Source: an uncultured Acidobacteriota bacterium (GTDB lineage Bacteria > Acidobacteriota > Terriglobia > Acidiferrales > UBA7541). From it: a stretch of 64,000 nucleotides of DNA. This document shows, one piece after another, positions 1 to 8,038 of the stretch. The first letter of the stretch is position 1. Every line of letters begins with the position of its first letter. Location: contig CAVPFH010000011.1 in NCBI GenBank assembly GCA_963703675.1, positions 10,565-74,564 of the forward strand, in the 5' to 3' direction. The translations under genes were made by a program, and so were the position numbers. The notes below the pieces were generated by a model. The model was given only the letters and a program-made list of their open reading frames with translations. It did not search any database and had not been told where the DNA came from.

Positions 1-329
1 CCACCGACGCTGAGCGCGCAGAAGTTCGCCAGGAGCTGGAAGACCGATTTGGGCCACCGCCGCCGTCAGTAGAGAATTTACTGGATTACGCAGTGCTGAA
101 AGCGATGGCGGAAAAGCTGCTGGTAGCAACTGTCGACCGCCGCGCCGACCAAGTGGCTATCAAATTCTACGACGACACACCCCTTGGGCCAGAAATCCTG
201 GTGAAATTGATCCGCAAACGCAAAGGTATGCGCCTCGATCCCACAGGAGTTTTGTGGCTGGATTGGAAAGGTGAAAAAGGCGGTCCTGTGGGGGCTACCA
301 GAAACGTATTGCTACAACTACAATCATAG
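1..329 (+). CDS. mfd: Transcription-repair coupling factor Mfd, C-terminal end (5' part outside window)
   Basis: Frame 3 is open from the window edge (TDAERAEVRQELEDRFGPPPPSVENLLDYAVLKAMAEKLLV...DPTGVLWLDWKGEK...) to TAG at 327-329. The ELEDRFGP..P...NLL block and the following C-terminal domain read like bacterial Mfd/TRCF. Confidence 0.7.
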   Translation, partial: TDAERAEVRQELEDRFGPPPPSVENLLDYAVLKAMAEKLLVATVDRRADQVAIKFYDDTPLGPEILVKLIRKRKGMRLDPTGVLWLDWKGEKGGPVGATRNVLLQLQS

Positions 330-347
330 AGCTAGAATTTAGGGCGA

Positions 348-1487
348 GTGAAATCAATGAGAAAATATAATTTTGCAACGACGTGCAGTATTGCGGCAGC
401 AATGGTCGCCGTTTCAGTTTTGATTCCTGCCAAGACCCAGGCCCAGGCCAAAGCAGCAGTGGTGGAAGAAATTATCGCGCGCGTGAACAACGACGTCATC
501 ACGCTTTCCGATTATCAGAAGGCCGATCAGCAACTGCGCGAAGAAGTCGCCCACGATTGCCAGGGATGCCCTCCGGACAAGGTCGAAGCGGATTACAAAT
601 CGCAGCAAAAGGATCTGCTGCGGGGCCTGATCGATCAATCGCTGCTGGTGCAGCGCGCGAAAGATATGGGCGTCAGCGTCGAAACCGAGCTGATCAAACG
701 GCTGGACGAAGTTCGCAAGCAAAATGGTCTTAATAGTCTGGAAGATCTGGAGAAGGCCGTCGAAGGTTCGGGCATCGCCTGGGAAGATTACAAGACTCAG
801 ATCCGCAACGGCATGTTGACTCAGGAAGTGATGCGTAAAGAAGTCGGCTCGCACATCAACATCGGCACTGAAGAAGTAAAAAAGTACTACGACGAGCACC
901 AGCAGGAATTTACGCGGCCCGAGCAGGTGGCGCTGTCTGAAATTTTCTTGAGCACTGAGGGAAAAAGCCCGGAAGAAATCGAGTCGGTACAGAAAAAAGC
1001 GGAGGACCTTCGCAACCGCGTAGTGAAGGGCGATGAATTCAGCGAAATCGCCAAGCGTTATTCCCAGGGCAGTACGGCGAAGGACGGCGGCGACCTGGGC
1101 ACTTTTCAGCGCGGTCAGCTCTCGCCGCAGCTGGAAGAAGTCGTCTTCAAAATGGAAAAAGGCCAAGTTACCGATGTGATTCAGACCAAGACCGGTTTCG
1201 AGGTTCTGAAGGTCGAGAATCACTATCAGGCCGGCCTTCAACCCAGGGACAAGGTTGAAAACGAAATCATGAACAAGTTGTACATGCAGAAAATGCAGCC
1301 CACCATGCGCGATTACCTGGCGCAACTGCGCGAAGAAAGTTACGTCATGGTGAAGCCAGGCTACAGCGATAGCGCTGCAGTCGCCGGCGCCAGCGTGATT
1401 CAGGAAGTGCAGCCTACTCCCGACGCGCCCAACAAGAAGAAGGACAATAAGAAGAAGTTGCCGCTGCCAAAAGTCAACGGACAATGA
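348..1487 (+). CDS. Secreted SurA/PrsA-like peptidyl-prolyl isomerase (parvulin type)
   Basis: 379 aa. Signal peptide (AAAMVAVSVLIPAKTQAQA), a SurA-N-like helical region, and a PpiC rotamase block (GGDLGTFQRGQLSPQLEEVVFKMEKGQVTDVIQTKTGFEVLKV). Start is GTG 348 or ATG 357. Confidence 0.8.
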   Translation: MKSMRKYNFATTCSIAAAMVAVSVLIPAKTQAQAKAAVVEEIIARVNNDVITLSDYQKADQQLREEVAHDCQGCPPDKVEADYKSQQKDLLRGLIDQSLLVQRAKDMGVSVETELIKRLDEVRKQNGLNSLEDLEKAVEGSGIAWEDYKTQIRNGMLTQEVMRKEVGSHINIGTEEVKKYYDEHQQEFTRPEQVALSEIFLSTEGKSPEEIESVQKKAEDLRNRVVKGDEFSEIAKRYSQGSTAKDGGDLGTFQRGQLSPQLEEVVFKMEKGQVTDVIQTKTGFEVLKVENHYQAGLQPRDKVENEIMNKLYMQKMQPTMRDYLAQLREESYVMVKPGYSDSAAVAGASVIQEVQPTPDAPNKKKDNKKKLPLPKVNGQ

Positions 1488-2518
1488 AATCTCACTACGT
1501 CTCCGATTTACAAGACGGGCAAACGCTCACAACTTTGTTTCTGGTCTGCGAGAAGGGAATCCGTACCTCGCTGCGCAGCGGAAAAACCTGGCTGGAGCTC
1601 GCTTTGCGCGATCGCACCGGCTCGATCCCGGCTAAGATGTGGGAGAACTTCGAGGCCATCGTCACGACATTTGAATGTGACGACGTGGTGCAGATCCGTG
1701 GCCGGGTGAAAATCTACAACGGCCAAAAAGAAGTGACACTCGAACAGATTATCCCGTCACTCGAACGCGACTACGACCTTTCCGATTTTCTGGCGCACAC
1801 CAGGTGCGACATCGAAAAACTATATGCCGAGGTGCAGTCCGCCGTTGCCGGGGCGAACAATCGGTGGATTAAGCGCTTGCTCGAAGACGTGGTCAACGAT
1901 CCGGCACTCGTACCGAAGCTGAAGCGAGCGCCTGCCGCGATGACCATGCATCATGCCTTCATCGGCGGCCTTCTGGAACATGTCGTGAGCCTCATCGGAT
2001 TAAGCCGCGGCGTTAGTGCGCAATATCCTGAGCTCGACGCCGACCTGTTGCTTGCGGGCATCATTCTTCACGATATCGGCAAGCTGGATGAACTCAGTTA
2101 TGCGCGCAGTACGGATTACACCACTCAAGGGCGGCTGCTCGGGCACATTACGATCGGCACTCTGCTGGTCCGCGAAAAAATAAAAGCGATTCCGGGTTTC
2201 CCCGCGCAGCTGGCGACCTTGATTCAACATTTGATTCTGAGCCATCACGGCACATACGAATTCGGCTCGCCCGCGTTGCCTCAGACACGCGAAGCCGTCG
2301 TTCTGAATTTTATGGACGACATGGATTCGAAAATGGCGGCGATGCGCGCGACTCTCGGAGGAACGTCAGGAAACGGCGAATGGACTGAGCGAAATCCCGC
2401 GTTGCGCCGGGCTCTGCTGCGCACAGATCGATTCCTTGCCGAAGAAGAACGCCGCAACACCGAAGCTCCGGAAGGCTCCGGAAGGCGCGAAGATTTCACC
2501 CGCGCCGGTGGGCAATGA
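1484..2518 (+). CDS. OB-fold + HD-domain phosphohydrolase (YhaM-like 3'-5' exoribonuclease family)
   Basis: 344 aa. N-terminal OB-fold-like segment (ELALRDRTGSIPAKMWENF...VVQIRGRVKIYNGQKEV), then HD motifs (HHAFIGGLLEH, ILHDIGK, LSHHG). ATGA start/stop overlap with the upstream gene. Confidence 0.7.
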   Translation: MKSHYVSDLQDGQTLTTLFLVCEKGIRTSLRSGKTWLELALRDRTGSIPAKMWENFEAIVTTFECDDVVQIRGRVKIYNGQKEVTLEQIIPSLERDYDLSDFLAHTRCDIEKLYAEVQSAVAGANNRWIKRLLEDVVNDPALVPKLKRAPAAMTMHHAFIGGLLEHVVSLIGLSRGVSAQYPELDADLLLAGIILHDIGKLDELSYARSTDYTTQGRLLGHITIGTLLVREKIKAIPGFPAQLATLIQHLILSHHGTYEFGSPALPQTREAVVLNFMDDMDSKMAAMRATLGGTSGNGEWTERNPALRRALLRTDRFLAEEERRNTEAPEGSGRREDFTRAGGQ

Positions 2519-3009
2519 TGAGTGATCTAGTCGCAAAAATTCCTTCGCCGCGAAGGTCCCTGCTGGACCTTGCTCCGCTGGAGCTCGACTGCATGAACAC
2601 GCTGTGGCCAATGGGCGAAGGTACCGTGCGCGAAATCCGCGATCAACTCGCTCCGCGCCGGCCACGTGCCTACACCACAATTATGACGATCATGGACAGG
2701 CTCGCACGCAAGGGCATCGTCGAACGACGAAAGGTTGGCCGAGCCTACATCTATCGGCCGAATTTAACTGCGGAAGACGCGCGTTCCCAGGCCCTAAGCC
2801 AGGTGATGAACAACTTCTTCGGCGGTTCGAAAGAGGCGCTGATCGCAGAGCTGGGACGCGCGACGCCGGTCCTTCGAGCGCTGACGGCAACGGCATCGGC
2901 TGCGGGTTCGACCGGGTCAACCGGGTCAACCGGCAAGCCGGCTGATGGCGAAGTCGCGAGCGCAGGCGATCGGTTGATAGCCAAGGGCAGCGACGATTCA
3001 CTGCTGTAA
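2515..3009 (+). CDS. BlaI/MecI/CopY-family winged-helix transcriptional repressor (orphan, no BlaR1 partner nearby)
   Basis: 164 aa. Family pattern LELDCMNTLW..GTVREIRDQL...AYTTIMTIMDRLARKGIVERRKVGRAYIYRP. ATGA overlap (2515-2518) with the preceding gene. C-terminal low-complexity tail contains GSTGSTGSTG. Confidence 0.75.
   Translation: MMSDLVAKIPSPRRSLLDLAPLELDCMNTLWPMGEGTVREIRDQLAPRRPRAYTTIMTIMDRLARKGIVERRKVGRAYIYRPNLTAEDARSQALSQVMNNFFGGSKEALIAELGRATPVLRALTATASAAGSTGSTGSTGKPADGEVASAGDRLIAKGSDDSLL
2905..2931. repeat. 9-bp tandem repeat x3 (GGTTCGACC GGGTCAACC GGGTCAACC) inside the BlaI-family gene
   Basis: Read directly from the sequence. It encodes the GSTGSTGSTG tract. Confidence 0.8.
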
Positions 3010-3060
3010 CCTTCGGGTGAAGATTTTGCTCTTGTTGTATTTTGCGTGTGATTCGAAACA

Positions 3061-4062
3061 TTGATTTACAGGACCATGTTTCCCACCGAGCTAAAAATTC
3101 GCAGTACCGCCATTCGCCCGGCGACCATTCTGGCGCCCATGGCTGGCGTCACCGACACGGTTTTCCGCCGCGTAATTCGGTCGCTCGGTTCGTGCGGCCT
3201 GATTATGACCGAATTCACCAGTGCGGAAGGGTTGACTCGCAACTCCGCGCGGACGCTCCACTATCTGTATTTCGACGATGACGAACATCCTATCGCGGCA
3301 CAGATTTTCGGCTCGGTTCCGGAAGTGATGGCCTCGGCCGCAGCCGTAACCGAAGACCTCGGCTTCGACCAGGTAGACATCAATCTCGGCTGCCCGGTGA
3401 AAAAGGTGGTCAAATGCGGCGGCTCGGGCCTCCTTCGCGATCTAGTCCACCTTGAAAAATTGCTCCGCGCCGTGCGAGCCGCAGTTAAAATTCCGCTCAC
3501 CATCAAAATTCGTTCCGGCTGGGACGAAAAAAATATTGTCGCAGTAGACGTAGCGCGTCTGGCCGAGCAGGTAGGCATCGAAGCGATCGCGGTACATCCG
3601 CGCACGCGGATGCAAGGTTACGCCGGAACGGCGGACTGGAACGTCATCCGCGCAGTGAAGCAAGTGGTGCAGATTCCAGTGATCGGCAATGGCGATGTTC
3701 GCACACCGCAGGATGCCGTGCGCATGATCGAAGAAACCGGCTGCGACGCAGTCATGATCGGGCGCGCTGCATCCTCGAATCCCTGGATTTTCCGCCAAAT
3801 TGCGGACTATCTGGCAACGGGCCGCTACGACGAGCCCACCGATGCGGATCGCTACCAGCTGCTTTCAGGGTACTTCCGCAGCCTGATCGAAGCGGAAATG
3901 CCGGATGCGATCGGAAAAATGAAACAGTTCGCGAGCCTTTTCACCCACGGCGTGCGCAACGGTTCCGAATTGCGCTACGCGGTGCATCATTCGAATACTG
4001 CCTCGGAAATCCTTGATAAAGTCGACGCTTTCTTCGCGAACGTTCCTGCTCCTGCTGATTGA
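3061..4062 (+). CDS. dusB: tRNA-dihydrouridine synthase (Dus family, DusB-like)
   Basis: 333 aa. Motifs ILAPMAGVTDTVFRR, INLGCP, AVHPRTR and IGNGD are typical of the Dus TIM barrel. ATG 3076 is an alternative start. Confidence 0.85.
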   Translation: MIYRTMFPTELKIRSTAIRPATILAPMAGVTDTVFRRVIRSLGSCGLIMTEFTSAEGLTRNSARTLHYLYFDDDEHPIAAQIFGSVPEVMASAAAVTEDLGFDQVDINLGCPVKKVVKCGGSGLLRDLVHLEKLLRAVRAAVKIPLTIKIRSGWDEKNIVAVDVARLAEQVGIEAIAVHPRTRMQGYAGTADWNVIRAVKQVVQIPVIGNGDVRTPQDAVRMIEETGCDAVMIGRAASSNPWIFRQIADYLATGRYDEPTDADRYQLLSGYFRSLIEAEMPDAIGKMKQFASLFTHGVRNGSELRYAVHHSNTASEILDKVDAFFANVPAPAD

Positions 4063-4078
4063 TTGACCTGCTGCGGCG

Positions 4079-4960
4079 CTACTGTTCGCGTGTGATGAGG
4101 AGCTGTTTGTAGGCTTCCCGGCGGGTCAGCCCGCGTTCGCGAGCCACTTCTTTCAAAGCAGCCTTGTTGTCCACGCCGCGGTCGTTCATGATTTCGGTCA
4201 CGCGCCGGGCCAGAGGTGTTTTTGCATGCGCGTCCATGTCCGCAGCGTGCTGGGCTTCGCCGTCCGCAGGTCCAATGAGCAACGTGATTTCCCCTCGCGG
4301 CGGCTTGGCACGCACAGCAGCGAGCAAATCTTCCAAGTGCCCGCGCACAAATTCCTCGTACACCTTGGTTAGCTCGCGCGCGACAACCCCCGGACGATTA
4401 CCAAATATTTCCAACGCATCTTCAAGTGTATCGACCAACCGATGCGGCGCTTCATACAACGCCAGAACGCGCGGTTCGGCAACCAGCGCGCGAAGTCTTT
4501 TGCGGCGTTCGGTAGGACGCGAAGGCAAGAATCCAATAAACGTGAACTCGTCAATCGGCATCCCGGAGGCCGCCAGCGCCGTCACAAACGCGCAGGCGCC
4601 GGGTAAGGGAACCACTTGAATCCCGTGACGAACGCACAAGCTGACCAGCCTGTTGCCGGGATCAGAAATAGAGGGAGTGCCCGCATCCGTGACCAGCGCG
4701 ATTTTCGCGCCTTGCTCCAACTCGATGATGATTTCCGCAGCGCGCGTGATTTCGTTGTGCTCGTGATAACTCACCATGCGCTTTTGCAGATCGAAATGCG
4801 AAAGCAGCTTCAACGTTTGGCGGGTATCTTCACAGGCGACTGCGTCGCATTCTTTCAGAATTCGCAGGGCGCGCAGCGAAATATCTTCCAGGTTACCGAT
4901 GGGCGTGGCCACCACGTAAAGCCAGCCCGTGCTCGTTTCCTTTGCTTTGAGCTTGGCCAT
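4079..4960 (-). CDS. rsmI: 16S rRNA (cytidine1402-2'-O)-methyltransferase RsmI
   Basis: 293 aa. LYVVATPIGNLEDISLRALRILKECDAVACEDTR and the downstream tetrapyrrole-methylase-fold blocks are typical of RsmI. Confidence 0.85.
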   Translation of the reverse strand: MAKLKAKETSTGWLYVVATPIGNLEDISLRALRILKECDAVACEDTRQTLKLLSHFDLQKRMVSYHEHNEITRAAEIIIELEQGAKIALVTDAGTPSISDPGNRLVSLCVRHGIQVVPLPGACAFVTALAASGMPIDEFTFIGFLPSRPTERRKRLRALVAEPRVLALYEAPHRLVDTLEDALEIFGNRPGVVARELTKVYEEFVRGHLEDLLAAVRAKPPRGEITLLIGPADGEAQHAADMDAHAKTPLARRVTEIMNDRGVDNKAALKEVARERGLTRREAYKQLLITREQ

Positions 4961-5120
4961 GAGGAAACCAGAAAATGCGCAGGCAGTCTAACACATCGCC
5001 GGAACAGCAGTTTGAAAGGTATATTCACTGAGCACATTTCTTGCGCGGACGCGATGCCACTGCGTTCGCGGCCGCGGGCGTGTTACTATTTTTTTAGATC
5101 ATTTGCACGGAGGAATGCGC

Positions 5121-5507
5121 TTGCCGTTATACGAATACAAGTGTGAGAAATGCGGAAACCAGTTCGAGAAAATCGAGAATCACTCAGCGCCCACGACGCA
5201 GAAATGTCCAAGATGCGGCGGTAAGGCGCAGCGAATGATTTCCGCGGCGGGGATTCAGTTCAAAGGTTCGGGATGGTACGTGACGGATTACAAAGGCAAG
5301 AATTCCGCGGGCACCCCGGTGGAAAGCTCCGGAGACGGCAATTCTTCGAAATCCGAAGAGAAGTCAACGGAAGCGAAAGCGGCGGATGCAAAGTCGAGCG
5401 ATTCAAAGTCCGGCGAGTCGAAAACGAGCGACTCGAGCTCGAGTGAATCGAAGTCCGGCGGTTCGAAGCCGTCCAGCGAAAAGGGAAGCGCGAAGAAAAA
5501 GAAGTGA
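5121..5507 (+). CDS. FmdB-family zinc-ribbon protein (CxxC...CxxC) with a long Ser/Lys-rich tail
   Basis: (M)PLYEYKCEKCGNQFEKIENHSAPTTQKCPRCGG matches the FmdB MP.YEY.C.xC...C.xCG pattern. GGAGGA lies 7 nt upstream of TTG 5121. The ORF track starts at 5103, and ATG 5115 is also possible. Confidence 0.75.
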   Translation: MPLYEYKCEKCGNQFEKIENHSAPTTQKCPRCGGKAQRMISAAGIQFKGSGWYVTDYKGKNSAGTPVESSGDGNSSKSEEKSTEAKAADAKSSDSKSGESKTSDSSSSESKSGGSKPSSEKGSAKKKK

Positions 5508-5579
5508 GCCGACGTGGAGCGTTCTTCAAAGTAAGACTGACCTCAAATACCTGCTCGTGCATAAGATTAAAACGCAATT

Positions 5580-5613
5580 GTCATTCCGAAGGGCCACCGG
5601 CCCGGGGAATCTG
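5580..5613 (+). repeat. REP-like hairpin element, type 2 (GTCATTCCGAAGGGCCACCGGCCCGGGGAATCTG)
   Basis: Intergenic. Inner stem GGGCC/GGCCC and outer ATTCC/GGAAT. 28 of 34 positions match the reverse complement of 62117-62151. Confidence 0.6.
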
Positions 5614-5681
5614 CTTCAGTTGCTAGCTTCCAAGTGCCAAGTAGTGAGGGGACGGCAACTGTTTTTAGAATGCAGCACACC

Positions 5682-6575
5682 CTAAAGTTTTAGTTCCTTC
5701 AAGTACGCTCGAAATTCCTTACCGAATTTTGGATTTTGCAGGGCCAGCTCGACCGTAGCCTTCAGAAACCCCATTTTGTTTCCGGCGTCGTGCGTTTTTC
5801 CCGGATGAACGTGCGCCCAAAGCCCTTCCTTGGCCGCTAAAGCGCGAAGCGCGTCCGTGAGCTGAATTTCGCCGCCGGCGCCCGGTTTCGTCTCGTCCAG
5901 ATAATCGAAAACTGCAGGCGGCAACACGTATCTTCCAGAAACGCCTAGGTTCGAGGGCGCGTCACTACCCTTCGGTTTTTCGACCATATCGTTCAGACGC
6001 AGAAGACTGTCGCCCCAGCGCGCCTGATTTCCCGCGCTCGCATTGATCACGCCATAGAATTGCAACTCTTCGCGTGGAACCTCCTGCACCGTGATGGCGC
6101 CCTGCCCGGTAGCTTCATAAATTTCAATGAGCGCGCGCGTTGCGGGCACAGGACTTTCCATGATGACGTCGCCCAGCAGCACGGCAAATGGCTCGTCGCC
6201 GACAAGCTCGCGTGCAGTTAAAACAGCGTGACCCAATCCAAGAGCTTCGTTCTGCCGCGTATAACTGAAATGAATTCCACCGCTGATTTCGCGGACCATC
6301 TGCGCCTGCTCAGGCTTTCCATGCTCTTCCAAAAAGTGTTCGAGCTCCGGCGCAAAATCAAAATGGTCTTCGATCGCACTTTTACGCCGCCCGGTCACAA
6401 ATATGACATTTTCAATCCCGGAAGCGATACACTCTTCGACCGCATATTGAATCAGGGGTTTGTCGACAACAGGCAACATCTCCTTGGGCATGGCTTTGGT
6501 GGCCGGCAAGAATCGCGTTCCCAACCCAGCCACGGGCAGCACAGCTTTCCGTACGCGTTTCCGATCAGTACTCAT
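5682..6575 (-). CDS. galU: UTP--glucose-1-phosphate uridylyltransferase
   Basis: KAVLPVAGLGTRFLPATKAMPKEMLPVVDKPLIQY is the GalU signature. Preferred start is ATG 6575 (preceded by GAGG); the ORF track extends to 6590. Confidence 0.9.
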   Translation of the reverse strand: MSTDRKRVRKAVLPVAGLGTRFLPATKAMPKEMLPVVDKPLIQYAVEECIASGIENVIFVTGRRKSAIEDHFDFAPELEHFLEEHGKPEQAQMVREISGGIHFSYTRQNEALGLGHAVLTARELVGDEPFAVLLGDVIMESPVPATRALIEIYEATGQGAITVQEVPREELQFYGVINASAGNQARWGDSLLRLNDMVEKPKGSDAPSNLGVSGRYVLPPAVFDYLDETKPGAGGEIQLTDALRALAAKEGLWAHVHPGKTHDAGNKMGFLKATVELALQNPKFGKEFRAYLKELKL

Positions 6576-6797
6576 AGTCCTCGCGATCAACGGTTGATTC
6601 GCCTGAATTCGGCGAGAAAGAATGAATAAATTGATATTTTACCCGCTTTGAAGTCGTTCGGCTGTAGAAGCGACGTCGTGGGGGTCCGTAAGAGCTACAC
6701 ATCCGTCGATGCGATGCATGCGGGCAAGCGCCGCGCATCGCTATGTTACCATACTCATTAGCGGCGGCTCGAACCGAGCTGAATACGGACTTTTTTC

Positions 6798-7922
6798 TTG
6801 AGCACGCAATCCAAAATCATTCTCGGCATTGAATCTTCCTGCGACGAGACCGCCGCGGCTGTAGTAGTGGGGGGAGAATGCATTCTCTCGAGTATCGTTG
6901 CCTCGCAAATCGCGATTCATCGCAAATACGGCGGCGTTGTGCCGGAACTAGCGTCGCGCGAGCATCTGCGGCAGATCGTCCCGGTGGTGCGCGAAGCGAT
7001 CGGGCAAGCAGGGATCACCGCGCAAGACATCGGCGCGGTTGCGGTGACGCGCGGTCCTGGCTTGGTTGGTGCGCTGCTTGTCGGCATCACGTACGGAAAG
7101 GTGCTGGCAATGGCCTTGGGCAAGCCGCTGATTGGCGTAAATCACCTCGAAGGCCACGTCCACGCAGTTTTTCTAGAGGCACGTGCTAATGGACTACCGG
7201 CACCCGAATTGCCGGCCGTCTGCCTGATCGTTTCCGGCGGGCATACCGTGATTTATTCGGTGAAGTCCGAAGCTCAGAATGGGGCAGCGCATTTTTCTTA
7301 CGCGCGCATCGGCGGAACGCGCGACGACGCTGCGGGCGAGGCCTACGACAAAGTTGCGCGGCTGCTCGCTCTCGGATATCCCGGCGGTCCGGTGCTCGAT
7401 CAACTAGCCGCGTACGGCGATCCGCGCGCAATCAAGTTTGGCGAACCAAAGATGCGGGGAAACGTCTACGACTTCAGCTTCAGCGGAATAAAGACGGCAG
7501 TGTTATATAACCTGCGGGGCCGCCCAGAACTGCAGCCCGAGATCGATGCGCGGAGAGAAGCACTCGCGCGTGGCGAGCGGGCCGCGGACACTTTGCGCAG
7601 CCTATCAAGCGCTGCAACGCTGGACCTGGCCGCAAGTTTCCAACGCGCCGTGGTGGACGATCTGGTCACTCGCACCATCGCCGCAGCCCGGCAGCATTCA
7701 GCGCGATCGATCTTGGTGTCTGGCGGCGTAGCGGCAAATCGCGAGTTGCGTGCTTCGTTCGAGCGCGAGGCAAAGCGCCGGCACCTTCAAGTGTTTTTCC
7801 CCAGCCGCGCTCTTTCCACAGACAACGCCGCGATGATCGCCGCCGCAGGTTACCCGCGCTACGTTGCAGGCCAACACGAAGACGCAACACTGAACGCGGA
7901 GCCGAATTTACCGCTGGCATAG
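6798..7922 (+). CDS. tsaD: tRNA N6-adenosine threonylcarbamoyltransferase TsaD
   Basis: 374 aa. ILGIESSCDETAAAVV, NHLEGH and GVAAN blocks of the Kae1/TsaD family. TTG start. Confidence 0.9.
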   Translation: MSTQSKIILGIESSCDETAAAVVVGGECILSSIVASQIAIHRKYGGVVPELASREHLRQIVPVVREAIGQAGITAQDIGAVAVTRGPGLVGALLVGITYGKVLAMALGKPLIGVNHLEGHVHAVFLEARANGLPAPELPAVCLIVSGGHTVIYSVKSEAQNGAAHFSYARIGGTRDDAAGEAYDKVARLLALGYPGGPVLDQLAAYGDPRAIKFGEPKMRGNVYDFSFSGIKTAVLYNLRGRPELQPEIDARREALARGERAADTLRSLSSAATLDLAASFQRAVVDDLVTRTIAAARQHSARSILVSGGVAANRELRASFEREAKRRHLQVFFPSRALSTDNAAMIAAAGYPRYVAGQHEDATLNAEPNLPLA

Positions 7923-8038
7923 CCGGGCAGGGAACACCCGGCAATCTTGTGCAGCCGCCCTGCTCAGGGGAAAAAGAGCGTCCACTGGGAGACGCTGAAA
8001 AACTCGCCGCTGCGATTAATCGAAGGCGGACGATACCG

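Noticed and set aside
414-1484. Long antisense or alternative-frame ORFs across the window. Examples are 414-1484 (minus), 28235-28945 (plus), 34563-35435 (plus), 51766-52755 (minus), 57728-58594 (plus), 58601-59263 (plus) and 56157-56774 (plus).
   Set aside because: Each lies inside a gene with clear family motifs in another frame. Their translations are Arg/Pro/Gly/Ala-rich with no recognisable motifs, which is the usual open-frame artefact of GC-rich DNA.
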